A stretch of DNA of 64,000 nucleotides from an archaeon. Lineage in GTDB: Archaea; Nanobdellota; Nanobdellia; Pacearchaeales; GW2011-AR1. Positions within the stretch are counted from its first letter, which is position 1, and each line of letters begins with the position of its first letter. Made by a program: the position numbers and the translations under genes. The stretch spans positions 25,866 through 89,865 of the forward strand of contig JAYONY010000003.1 of the NCBI GenBank assembly GCA_038121585.1, written 5' to 3'. Shown here piece by piece: positions 21,324 through 30,381 of the stretch. The notes beneath the pieces were generated by a model. The model ran no database searches and was not told where the DNA came from. It saw only the letters and a program-made list of their open reading frames with translations.

Positions 21324-22754
21324 CTAGTAAACTATTCTAGGACCATATCCCCACTTTTCAACCGCACGGGCTAACGCAGAATACGGCCGCATATCAACAT
21401 AATGCTTGAGGGGCACGCCTTTCATTACAGCATCACGAGCTTGCTCAACAGCCTCAACACCAGCAACAACACCGTCAGGATGGCCTAACAAACCTCCACC
21501 ACACTGCAAAATAATATCCTCACCAAGCTCATGCATCACAAACTCAAAATCACCAGGATGTAAGCCTCCAGAAGCAGTCATCCAAACAGGCTTAATATGC
21601 TCCCAATTCTGTCCGAGCGAAGGAATTTTTGTATCGGGCTTCGTTATTCTATCTTGCAATACATGCCGAATATATACGGCCTCCCCATAATCCTCCATTT
21701 TCGCTAAAGGCGAACCACCATGCAATGAATCGACACCAAGTAATCTAAAGAGCTTTGCTAAAAAAACCATTGAAATAGAAAACCCGTGCAAATCACCTTT
21801 CCCATGCACTCCCGGAGAATTATCCCGGGTAATGAATCCGTGCATCGCACGATGTGCGTGAATTGCAAGACCCAAGTCAGCTCGACGAACAGAATCAACA
21901 CCAGTAAACCCAGTTGTAACTACATCCATCATCATAAAAATACCTTCATTGTCCTTAATGCATTTTGCGCGATCAAACATTGTAGCAATATTTGAATGAG
22001 TGATATTTGCTAAGTAGAATTTTTTATTACCTGTGCGATGATGTGCTCGCTTAGCCTCATGCAAAATTTTTCTTGTTCTTGTTGTAAAATGATTAAATGA
22101 TAAGCTCGTCAAATTCTCATCATCCTTAATGCCATCATAGGTGCCATCACCTGCAGTAAACAACATCTCTGCAAGCGCTGCTTGTTCTGCATCTGAGCGA
22201 CCAATTTTTGGCTTTGGCACGGTAATGACTAACGGCCCTTTAGGTTTATTTAGCATCTTACGAATACCTGCAACCCCAAACTTAGGACCTACAAACGCAC
22301 GAACCATTTTAGGAGGGAATAGAACATCATACACGCGCATCGCAGCAACCATTTTCATACCTGCAATATTACCAACAATCCCTGCTAAAAGACCTGAAAT
22401 ATTATCCTTTTCAAATAATTCGAGCGGGTATGCAACTTTGAACATGTGATTCTTATAATCAAGGTCAAACGCTAAAGCCCTATACTTTGCAGCACGATTC
22501 ATACCCGAGCCAGGCCCGTCATATACGTTCGTCCACGTACCCGTTGACGATTCAGCAGCAACAGTAGCTGCAGCACTCTCAAATAATTTCTGTTTAGGAA
22601 TCTTATGTTTTTTAGCTTCCTTAAGCGCACTCTCACTTAATTGCACCTTCAGTAGCGTAATAATAAAATCGCTCTTACGAGGCCTCCACCCTTTTTTTGC
22701 AACATAGTCTAATTGAACAGCCATTGTTTCACCTCTCGGAATAAAAGAACTCAT
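21324..22754 (-). CDS. rbcL: ribulose-1,5-bisphosphate carboxylase large subunit, form III-like (archaeal type)
   Basis: AAESSTGTWT, GIKDDENL, IHAHRAMHG and CGGGLLGHPDG match RuBisCO large-subunit signatures. Confidence 0.85.
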   Translation of the reverse strand: MSSFIPRGETMAVQLDYVAKKGWRPRKSDFIITLLKVQLSESALKEAKKHKIPKQKLFESAAATVAAESSTGTWTNVYDGPGSGMNRAAKYRALAFDLDYKNHMFKVAYPLELFEKDNISGLLAGIVGNIAGMKMVAAMRVYDVLFPPKMVRAFVGPKFGVAGIRKMLNKPKGPLVITVPKPKIGRSDAEQAALAEMLFTAGDGTYDGIKDDENLTSLSFNHFTTRTRKILHEAKRAHHRTGNKKFYLANITHSNIATMFDRAKCIKDNEGIFMMMDVVTTGFTGVDSVRRADLGLAIHAHRAMHGFITRDNSPGVHGKGDLHGFSISMVFLAKLFRLLGVDSLHGGSPLAKMEDYGEAVYIRHVLQDRITKPDTKIPSLGQNWEHIKPVWMTASGGLHPGDFEFVMHELGEDIILQCGGGLLGHPDGVVAGVEAVEQARDAVMKGVPLKHYVDMRPYSALARAVEKWGYGPRIVY

Positions 22755-22767
22755 TCCCTATTAAACA

Positions 22768-23412
22768 TTATGTTTTAAGCAATCGATTAATATAGTCTTC
22801 TTGATCTTCAAATACGTGCGCTGAAATTGAATACGTCGTTATCGAACCACATTTTTTCTTAAGTGCCTTCGCGATATAATCCTGCAGTACTGAAACTTGA
22901 TAGACATTCGCTGGCCATCCGAAAAAAACATCATTACTACGAATAATAGTTGTTACATCAAGCATCTCGCCCTTAACATTACAATTCATCATTATCATAC
23001 CAGGCATGTCTTTCCTATCAATCATTGCATCTTTACTTGGCTCATAAAAGACAATGGTTGCCCTGCGACTCGTTGGATCATCCTTAAGGAGTGGGATAAG
23101 ATAGTCATCAATTTGATTACTCCCCGTATGATTAAAAGCTCGTGCACCATACGTATAATACAATCCAGGAATTTCTTTTTTTGTGAGCATGACTCGCTCC
23201 ATTTCCTCAAGTGGAGGATATACGAATTTTCCAGAACTATGCAGTATTCTAATAGGTTCTGCAATATCCCCTTTTGCAGGAACACGAATCGTGAGCCCGA
23301 GTACCTCCCTGCAGGCACGTCCATCAGTATCTGCAAACACAGTACCCTGCTTGCTAATATACGCTAATGCCTGTTCCCATGCATGCCGTGCTTTATTATT
23401 ATGAATTTCCAT
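22768..23412 (-). CDS. thymidylate synthase (ThyA)-like protein, divergent
   Basis: RSNDVFFGWPANVYQVSVL matches ThyA RSxDxxLGxPFNIASYALL. It is short (214 aa) and the catalytic Cys context is not canonical. Confidence 0.5.
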   Translation of the reverse strand: MEIHNNKARHAWEQALAYISKQGTVFADTDGRACREVLGLTIRVPAKGDIAEPIRILHSSGKFVYPPLEEMERVMLTKKEIPGLYYTYGARAFNHTGSNQIDDYLIPLLKDDPTSRRATIVFYEPSKDAMIDRKDMPGMIMMNCNVKGEMLDVTTIIRSNDVFFGWPANVYQVSVLQDYIAKALKKKCGSITTYSISAHVFEDQEDYINRLLKT

Positions 23413-23413
23413 A

Positions 23414-24166
23414 TTACAAAAAGTCCGTTAGTTTTGCGTCACCCGCAACACCTGAAAAACTATAATTGAAAAGAGGAATTGTATGGCGCTTAAGAAGTAC
23501 TGAAATTTGCTCAATAATCTCACTCGCGTCAAACTCTCCAGCATAATGAATTGTTACTTCATCACCTCCATCAAACACACCCCCCATAGACTCTCTAAGC
23601 GTTAACGCTTTACGAATAGCAGCAGTATCAAAATCTTTTGTTTCACTCACTTCAAGCCGCCCATATTCCGATGTTGAAAGATTGCCTGCAGTACCATATG
23701 CAGGTGCCATGGCAATCTTGAATCGTGTCGCCATACCACAGCTTTTGTAAATTGTTTCCTCAGCCCTTGTAAAAGCATTAACCTTCTTTTTTGCCTCATA
23801 GAGCATTGTTATTACTTGCTGAGGATCAGTCCCTTCCTGGAACAACCCAAAATTCCATAAGCGAATATAATTTCGAGCAATACTTAGAATATCTTCCGCA
23901 TTATCCTCATCATTGCCTGTGAAAAATTCAGTTGCTCGCCTTCGCTGCATCGAGTTAGCTGCAAGAATTGCTTTAGCAGTGCTAACCGCAAGTTCAGAAA
24001 AGCGTTTTGTGTCCATACCATACTCCTTAAGAAAAACCCCTACATCAATATTTGCAGTTGTTTGCGCACTGCTCAGCAGCGTGGTGTCTGAAGAAACACT
24101 CAAACCATTTATGCGATAAAACTTAAAATGCGTGCACTGCTTAGAAGAGTATGCGCGACTATACAC
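23414..24166 (-). CDS. hypothetical protein (true start may be the internal MDTKRF)
   Basis: 250-aa ORF in an operon with the ThyA-like and RuBisCO genes. No motif recognised. Confidence 0.4.
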   Translation of the reverse strand: MYSRAYSSKQCTHFKFYRINGLSVSSDTTLLSSAQTTANIDVGVFLKEYGMDTKRFSELAVSTAKAILAANSMQRRRATEFFTGNDEDNAEDILSIARNYIRLWNFGLFQEGTDPQQVITMLYEAKKKVNAFTRAEETIYKSCGMATRFKIAMAPAYGTAGNLSTSEYGRLEVSETKDFDTAAIRKALTLRESMGGVFDGGDEVTIHYAGEFDASEIIEQISVLLKRHTIPLFNYSFSGVAGDAKLTDFL

Positions 24167-24729
24167 AATATCGATGGTTTTTCACGAGCAATAATGTACT
24201 TGTTGTTGGTGGAAAAAGTGCTGAGCAAAATGATGCCCTCTTAACACGAATTAAAGATACTGAGAGAGAACATGTTGTTATGCACACATCTCATCCTGGA
24301 TCACCCTTCTGCATACTAATTGAACATCCAGCAAACCTTTCCAAACAAGACCTGGCAGAATGCGCGCAATTTTGCGGGTGCTTTTCACGCGCATGGAAAG
24401 AGCGAAAGAAGACTACAAATGTCCATATGTTTGCGAGCGAGCATGTGCATAAAGAGAAAGGAATGAAAGTTGGAACGTGGAGTGTATCCGGAGAAATTAC
24501 GGACTTTATTGTTGAACTCAAGCTTGTGTTCACTAAACAACAAGGCATCTATCGTTGCGTTCCACCGAGTGTAGCGGAAGGAATCATTATTAGACCTGGC
24601 ACCACCGATAAATCAAAACAGATAGACAAATTAAGAAAAGCACTTAAAGATGAAAAAGCTACAAGTGATGCATTATTATCTGCGCTACCTCCAGGCGGGG
24701 TGAGAATTATAGCCACAAAGAGCGTTTGA
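24151..24729 (+). CDS. NFACT-R (DUF814) domain RNA-binding protein
   Basis: HVVMHTSHPGSPFCILIEH matches the NFACT-R core HxxxxxGSHVxL. Confidence 0.5.
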   Translation: MRDYTQYRWFFTSNNVLVVGGKSAEQNDALLTRIKDTEREHVVMHTSHPGSPFCILIEHPANLSKQDLAECAQFCGCFSRAWKERKKTTNVHMFASEHVHKEKGMKVGTWSVSGEITDFIVELKLVFTKQQGIYRCVPPSVAEGIIIRPGTTDKSKQIDKLRKALKDEKATSDALLSALPPGGVRIIATKSV

Positions 24730-24805
24730 ATTTTTAGATATACATTTAAACAATTTTTTCCTACATTGAGCATGAAGTCAAAGAGAGAGAGGAATAGATA
24801 TTTTT

Positions 24806-25555
24806 TTGCTCGCAATCTACCCCCTTATTGCATTTACTCTTTCTTTTTTACTCCCACTGAACTTCTTTTATTCAATACTGCTTTTTCTAGCACTACCTTC
24901 CGCATACCTCACACTTCGTGCAAAGAAATATGTTAAAAAAGCATCTATCTTTTCCATTATTGCAAGTGTGCCACTCATTATAGTCATAGACTATATCGGT
25001 CAGCAATCCCTCTCGTGGGCATTTGCATCAAGCATTATACCATTTACCCTGTTTGGAATAGTGCAGTTAGAGGTAATTCTTTGGGCATTTTTCAATATTT
25101 ATTTTGTTATTCTTTTTTACGAATACTTTCTTGATAATCATAATCGTGTTGACTACTGGAAACCACGTATGAAAGTTCTTATTTGGTTCGTTGCTATCTT
25201 AATTTTCAGCTTTTTCTTCTTATATCTTGTAACCGCAGGCAATTTAGCAATCCCTTATTTCTACTTGTGGTTTGGCTCATTATTATTTGGATTCCCCCTC
25301 ATAATGCAACTTATCTATTATCCAAAAACAATGAGTAAAATAATGCTGACGGGAGCCTATTTCTGCTACCTCTCTCTACTGTATGAATATGCTGCAGTTA
25401 TCAAAGGCTGGTGGCACTTTCCAGGAACTGAATTTATCGGATGGATAACGTTGCTTGGAGTATCATTCCCGCTTGAAGAATTTATTTTTTGGATAGTCCT
25501 CTTTGCTATCTCAGTTCTTTGCGCATTTGAATACCTTGATGATGATGAACGTTGA
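24806..25555 (+). CDS. polytopic membrane protein, possibly lycopene-cyclase-domain-like (PLEE motif)
   Basis: About 7 TM segments. SFPLEEFIFWIV resembles the CrtYcd PxEE motif. Weak call. Confidence 0.3.
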   Translation: MLAIYPLIAFTLSFLLPLNFFYSILLFLALPSAYLTLRAKKYVKKASIFSIIASVPLIIVIDYIGQQSLSWAFASSIIPFTLFGIVQLEVILWAFFNIYFVILFYEYFLDNHNRVDYWKPRMKVLIWFVAILIFSFFFLYLVTAGNLAIPYFYLWFGSLLFGFPLIMQLIYYPKTMSKIMLTGAYFCYLSLLYEYAAVIKGWWHFPGTEFIGWITLLGVSFPLEEFIFWIVLFAISVLCAFEYLDDDER

Positions 25556-25650
25556 TAACGAACAAAAATAATACACTCCGCCTTGCCACCTGGCGGAATA
25601 CGGATTACGAAGGTTTAAAAGCAATTTTCTAGTTGCAAGAACGATAAAAC

Positions 25651-25689
25651 AATGAAATTCCAACTCAGAAGCTCACACTTCTGGCAGTA
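25651..25689 (+). promoter_or_regulatory. 12-codon upstream ORF (MKFQLRSSHFWQ) that duplicates the start of the downstream gene
   Basis: AAAACAATGAAATTCCAACTC is repeated about 62 nt upstream of the yhbY-like ATG. The uORF ends in TAA. Confidence 0.35.
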
Positions 25690-25712
25690 ATTTCACCAAT
25701 AGAAACAAAACA

Positions 25713-25949
25713 ATGAAATTCCAACTCGGTAAACAAGGAATCACTGAAGGCGTTATTACTAGTTTGACGAACGCGTTCAAAACGCATAAATCAATTCGTA
25801 TTTCAGTGCTCCCAAGCGCATCAGAAGACCGTAAAACACATATGAAACAGCTTGCTGACGAGCTCTGTGCTAAACTACCAGGAACCTATAGCTACACCAT
25901 TATCGGATTCGTAATCGTCCTTAAACGAAAAGGAGCACCTGCCCATTAA
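25713..25949 (+). CDS. YhbY/CRS1 (CRM domain) RNA-binding protein
   Basis: LGKQGITEGVITSLTNAFKTHKSIRISVL matches the CRM motif GKxGxTxxvxxxixxaxxxhELIKVkvl. Confidence 0.6.
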   Translation: MKFQLGKQGITEGVITSLTNAFKTHKSIRISVLPSASEDRKTHMKQLADELCAKLPGTYSYTIIGFVIVLKRKGAPAH

Positions 25950-25989
25950 TAACAAGATTTATAAGGGCTTTATTTTAGGTTAGCATACT

Positions 25990-26415
25990 ATGAACAGTGT
26001 ACAATCAGTTGAACCAGGAGTATTTAACACGCAATTAGCACAAGCCCTCAAAGAACGCAAAGCAGAGTTTGAAGCCCCAGAATGGGCCGCACTTGTTAAA
26101 ACAGGAACGCATACTATGCGACCAACTGCAAATCCTGACTTTTGGCATGCTCGAGCAGCAAGTATTCTCCGTCAAATATACCTTCAAGAAACAGTGGGAG
26201 TGCAACGCCTACGAACACGATATGGTGGAAAGAAGAATCGTGGTGGAAAGCCAAGCAAATTCAAGCGTGGCGGAGGAAAAATTATTCGAATAATACTCCA
26301 ACAAGCAGAAACAGCAGGCCTCGTGCAAAAAGCACCTGAAGGACAAAAAGCAGGAAGACAATTAACACCTGAAGGTAAAGAATTCTTAGAAAACGTTGCG
26401 GGAGCAAAGCAATGA
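25990..26415 (+). CDS. rps19e: 30S ribosomal protein eS19
   Basis: PEWAALVKTG...DFWHARAASILRQIY...YGG is the S19e signature. Confidence 0.85.
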   Translation: MNSVQSVEPGVFNTQLAQALKERKAEFEAPEWAALVKTGTHTMRPTANPDFWHARAASILRQIYLQETVGVQRLRTRYGGKKNRGGKPSKFKRGGGKIIRIILQQAETAGLVQKAPEGQKAGRQLTPEGKEFLENVAGAKQ

Positions 26416-26497
26416 AACTCACAACAACTATGAGTTTCATACAACGAGAATCAATGATTCTCGAGCTTGAACATTCCCTGTTTGGAGGAATGTTCAA

Positions 26498-26704
26498 ATG
26501 ACTCGCTCACATCAAAAAAAGATTAAGTTAGGCGTTGCGGGACGTCGAACAAAATGGGCCCCTGTTTGGGCTGTTTTGCGTAAAGTGGGACAAGGCCAAT
26601 CACGACGAACACACCCATCACAACTTACTGCTCAACGACGCCACTGGCGAAGAACCAAACTAAAAATTACTCCGCGAAAAGCGAAGAAGAAACACCTCGG
26701 ATAA
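26498..26704 (+). CDS. rpl39e: 50S ribosomal protein eL39
   Basis: PVWAVLRK and RRHWRRTKLKI are hallmarks of L39e. Confidence 0.8.
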   Translation: MTRSHQKKIKLGVAGRRTKWAPVWAVLRKVGQGQSRRTHPSQLTAQRRHWRRTKLKITPRKAKKKHLG

Positions 26705-26705
26705 A

Positions 26706-27008
26706 ATGATGGACACCTATGATTATTTTACAGATCCTGAAGCACGAATGATTACAAAAGCATATCGTGTAGACGGCATGAGTAATGAAAAACTATCCGT
26801 ACAATTAGCTATTGCAGAAAGAGATGGTGAATATGGGGAAGTATATCGATCATTTCCAACCCACCCCTCTAACGTTAGAGTTGGATACGGACACGGAGAA
26901 GGAACCCTCATTGTACGTTCACCACGAGAAGCAGTTGACGATTTTCGAACCAGCCTAGAAACTGACCTAGGAACAATTTTACAGGAGATAGACAATGGCA
27001 GAGAGTAA
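26706..27008 (+). CDS. hypothetical conserved protein in the rpl39e-rpl31e cluster
   Basis: 100-aa ORF that overlaps the rpl31e start. No motif recognised. Confidence 0.4.
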   Translation: MMDTYDYFTDPEARMITKAYRVDGMSNEKLSVQLAIAERDGEYGEVYRSFPTHPSNVRVGYGHGEGTLIVRSPREAVDDFRTSLETDLGTILQEIDNGRE

Positions 27009-27546
27009 GACAGAACGAGATTATATTGTACCACTACGACAATCATGGATTAAGAAAGTACGGTATAAGCGTACACGCGCAAGTGTAATGGCAATTAAAG
27101 AATTTGTTGCACGCCACATGAAAGTACCTGACCGTGATATATCAAAAGTTAAGCTTGATACCTACTTGAATAATGAACTTTGGTTCCGCGGAGCTCGCAA
27201 ACCACCTGCAAAAGTAAAAGTACATGTTAAACGAGACGGTGATTTTGTACTCGTAACCCTTGCAGAAACACCTGAACTTGTTAAATTTGCGCAAAAGCGA
27301 CAAGAAAAGCGCCACAAGCCAGCAACAACTAAGAAAGCTAAGAAAGAAGACTCTGCCCAGGGTGCCTCAAAGACAGAGGAAAAGAAAGACGATAAATCTG
27401 AAGATGAGAAGAAAGCAGAATCTGAGAAAGAAAAGTCAGTAGCAGCAGCAGGACAACAGCAAGCGCAACAAACTGCTAAAGCACAAAAACACACTGTGCA
27501 AACACAAAAAACTCCTCAAGTGCAACGAAAAGCTTTGAAGAAGTAA
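26995..27546 (+). CDS. rpl31e: 50S ribosomal protein eL31 with a K/E/Q-rich C-terminal extension
   Basis: RDYIVPLRQSW...KRTRASVMAIKEFVARHMK...LNNELWFRGARKPPAKVKV matches L31e. The low-complexity tail runs 110-183. Confidence 0.8.
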   Translation: MAESKTERDYIVPLRQSWIKKVRYKRTRASVMAIKEFVARHMKVPDRDISKVKLDTYLNNELWFRGARKPPAKVKVHVKRDGDFVLVTLAETPELVKFAQKRQEKRHKPATTKKAKKEDSAQGASKTEEKKDDKSEDEKKAESEKEKSVAAAGQQQAQQTAKAQKHTVQTQKTPQVQRKALKK

Positions 27547-27589
27547 AGCTTTATCAACTTCTAGTAATTACTTTAATTGAGGTGAGACA

Positions 27590-28747
27590 ATGGCTAAATT
27601 TGTAGTATTTGGATCAGGACGTATGGCACACGCTATTGTGTATGATTTACTCAAACAGCGAAGAACTGAACTTGTAACAATAGCAGCACGCGACCAGCGA
27701 GCAGCCAGAGCACTCGTACAAAAACTCCCTAAAGGGAAACGAAACAATGTGCACGTGAAAAAAGTCTCACTTGATAATCGCCCTACAGTACTAAGCATCA
27801 TGCACGAACATACAGTCGCTATTAGTACCATCCCCTATCAGTATAATTATGAATTGGCAAAAGCCGCCATTGCTGCACGATGCCACTTTCTTGATTTAGG
27901 AGGGAATAATACCGTTGTGAAGAAACAATTTACTCTTGCGTCACAAGCAAAGAAAGAACGAGTAGCCATACTCCCCGATGCAGGACTAGCCCCAGGACTA
28001 ACGAGCGTGCTCGTAGCACAAGGACTGACCCACTTTAAGAAAATCAAAGATGTAACCTCAGTGCAAATACGCGTCGGAGGATTACCTCAAAATCCTCACG
28101 GACCCCTCAACTACAAACTAGTCTTCTCAGCTAATGGGTTGCTTAATGAATATATTGAACCTGCAGTAGAGATTGTTCGTAAAAAAGTTGTTGAACTACC
28201 TTCGCTCGAACAATTAGAACGATTGCACTTTAAAGAAGTAGGGTGGTTTGAAGCATTTACCACCTCAGGAGGAACCTCAACAATGCCCCAAACATTCAAA
28301 GGGCTTATTGGAGAACTCAATTACAAAACAATACGCTACCAGGGACACGCAGATATAATGCGCACACTCATACGACTCGGACTTGGCTCATCAAAACCAA
28401 CAATTATTGACGGAGTGCCAGTCAAGCCACGAAAATTGCTCGAACACCTCCTCACCAAAAACCTCACGTATCCAGGAGAGGATATGGTGCTCATACGCGT
28501 AGTCTTACAAAACCCCCACAAAGGAATTATACTGGAATGTGTTGATAGGGAACAACAAGGACTCACTGCTATGCAACGATGCACTGGCTTTCCAGCAGCC
28601 ATAACTGCAGGAATGCTCGGGGACGGAACCATCCGAGGGCGCGGAGTACTCAAGCACGAACTAGACGTACCCCCCGAAAAAATGATTGCTGAACTTGCAA
28701 AACGAGACATTGTGTTTACAACAAAAGGTGCGCAACACGAACAGTAA
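27590..28747 (+). CDS. saccharopine dehydrogenase family NAD(P)-binding oxidoreductase (possibly carboxynorspermidine-dehydrogenase-like)
   Basis: N-terminal Rossmann VVFGSGRMAHAIVYDL. Length and hydrophobicity pattern fit the Sacchrp_dh family. Confidence 0.5.
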   Translation: MAKFVVFGSGRMAHAIVYDLLKQRRTELVTIAARDQRAARALVQKLPKGKRNNVHVKKVSLDNRPTVLSIMHEHTVAISTIPYQYNYELAKAAIAARCHFLDLGGNNTVVKKQFTLASQAKKERVAILPDAGLAPGLTSVLVAQGLTHFKKIKDVTSVQIRVGGLPQNPHGPLNYKLVFSANGLLNEYIEPAVEIVRKKVVELPSLEQLERLHFKEVGWFEAFTTSGGTSTMPQTFKGLIGELNYKTIRYQGHADIMRTLIRLGLGSSKPTIIDGVPVKPRKLLEHLLTKNLTYPGEDMVLIRVVLQNPHKGIILECVDREQQGLTAMQRCTGFPAAITAGMLGDGTIRGRGVLKHELDVPPEKMIAELAKRDIVFTTKGAQHEQ

Positions 28748-28778
28748 CCTTAAGTACCGATTTTTAGTTGTTTTTTCA

Positions 28779-29639
28779 ATGATAGACTTACAAAAAATCA
28801 AAGCGAATAAAACAACTGCAGAACTCCTTGAGTTTGGCCTGATAAATATTGACAAGCCAACTGGACCGACATCATTTTGGACATCCCAGTTTGTGAAAAA
28901 ACAACTAGGGCTCAAAAAAACAGCACATTTAGGAACGCTTGACCCAATGGTAACAGGCGTTTTACCAGTAGCCTTGGGACGTGCTTGTCGCTTGAATGAA
29001 TACTTCATGCACCGAGACAAAGTCTATGTAGGCATTATGAGAATTCATGAAGACATTGATGAAAACGTACTCAAAGAAAAAATGCAAGCATTTCTAGGGA
29101 CAATAACTCAATTACCCCCCGTGCGTGCACGTGTTAAACGAGCGAATCGTCAGCGAACCATTAACAAATTTGAACTGCTTGAAAAACAAGGTAAGGACGT
29201 ACTCTTTATTTCTGATGTACAAGCAGGAACCTACATTCGAAAACTTATACATGACCTTGGAGAACAAATAGGTGGAGCACATATGCTTGAGCTACGACGA
29301 ACACGAGCAGGCATGTTCACTGAACAAGAAATCTACACCATGTACGATTTCGAAAAAGCAGTGGCTGCTAATAATGAAGGAGATGAAACACTCCTGCGAG
29401 ATATGATTGTCCCAGGAGAAATTGTTTCAGAACTACTCCCAATCATTACAATTAGCAAGGAATATTTGCAAAAATGTTTGACAGGCTCACCGATTTTTGA
29501 AAGCTTTATTGTAGAACAACCAGCAGATTTAGAAGCAGGAGATAAAGTATGTGTATTCTGTGAAGCACAATTTGTTGGCTGTTACAATTTTATAGGAAAA
29601 GATGATGTAGTTGCTAAAGCAGAATTCGTCTATAATTAA
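28779..29639 (+). CDS. cbf5: H/ACA RNP tRNA/rRNA pseudouridine synthase Cbf5 (TruB family) with a C-terminal PUA domain
   Basis: INIDKPTGPTSF and HLGTLDPMVTGVLPV are TruB motifs. Start chosen at MIDLQK to avoid overlap with the upstream gene. Confidence 0.8.
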   Translation: MIDLQKIKANKTTAELLEFGLINIDKPTGPTSFWTSQFVKKQLGLKKTAHLGTLDPMVTGVLPVALGRACRLNEYFMHRDKVYVGIMRIHEDIDENVLKEKMQAFLGTITQLPPVRARVKRANRQRTINKFELLEKQGKDVLFISDVQAGTYIRKLIHDLGEQIGGAHMLELRRTRAGMFTEQEIYTMYDFEKAVAANNEGDETLLRDMIVPGEIVSELLPIITISKEYLQKCLTGSPIFESFIVEQPADLEAGDKVCVFCEAQFVGCYNFIGKDDVVAKAEFVYN

Positions 29640-30328
29640 AGAGAAGAGTTAGAATCGCCATGAGCGCGTACAATACGATCATCACTTGCAAGATAATCAA
29701 GTGCCTCAAATTGCAATTGCATAATGCGTGATTTTGAAAGCCTCATTTTCCCTGCAATTTTGTGATAGGGAATTCCTTCAAGATAATTACTCTGAATTAT
29801 ATCTGAAAGTTCAAGCGGTAAATCTTGAATTGCACTGCGCACATCCCTATTTGCCTCATGCGAAAGCGTTCTTCTTTCAGACTCTTTAGCATAGATATCA
29901 AGGTTTTCATATGCTAGCTCGCGAAGTAGCTTACCATTACTACGCCATAAGTTATTTTTTAGAGCTTGAGTAAAGTACGAAGAAAACTTTATTCCCTTTT
30001 CAGTAAATCGCTCAGCGCATTTTACTAGTGTCTCAAACCCTTCACCAATAGCATCTTCAAACGGCAATTTCCAAAACTGTTTCCAAACACGCGGAACAAG
30101 CGCATACACGAGATTGATATTCTCCCCAATGAATGAATTACGCTCTTGTAGAAACCGTTCACGAGCACCAGGCACTTCCTGCTCCACTTCTTTTGAAAGA
30201 ACACTCATTCTTTTAGCATACGCTTGCTCTTCTTTTCGAGAGAGTCCTTTACTTTCTGGATTATATCCCCCGTATTCACTTAAAACCTCGCCAATATCGA
30301 TATACATTTGAGTACATAGCTCAATCAA
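29636..30328 (-). CDS. sigma-70 family-like protein (region 2 and region 4 like), unexpected in an archaeon
   Basis: NLVYALVPRVW...FEDAIGEGFETLVKCAERFTEKGIKFSSYFTQALKNNLWR resembles sigma region 2.1-2.4. LPLELSDIIQSNYLEGIPYHKIAGKMRLSKSRIMQLQFEALDYL resembles the region 4 HTH. Confidence 0.45.
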   Translation of the reverse strand: MIELCTQMYIDIGEVLSEYGGYNPESKGLSRKEEQAYAKRMSVLSKEVEQEVPGARERFLQERNSFIGENINLVYALVPRVWKQFWKLPFEDAIGEGFETLVKCAERFTEKGIKFSSYFTQALKNNLWRSNGKLLRELAYENLDIYAKESERRTLSHEANRDVRSAIQDLPLELSDIIQSNYLEGIPYHKIAGKMRLSKSRIMQLQFEALDYLASDDRIVRAHGDSNSSL

Positions 30329-30381
30329 CCTTTAAAAAAATACGTGCAAATCATTAAAACCCTTGATTTCTCCATAGACGT

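Noticed and set aside
29636-30328. Possibility that the sigma-like ORF is TFB or TFE
   Set aside because: It has no N-terminal Zn ribbon or cyclin repeats, and size and motifs do not fit. It is kept as sigma-like pending HMM confirmation.
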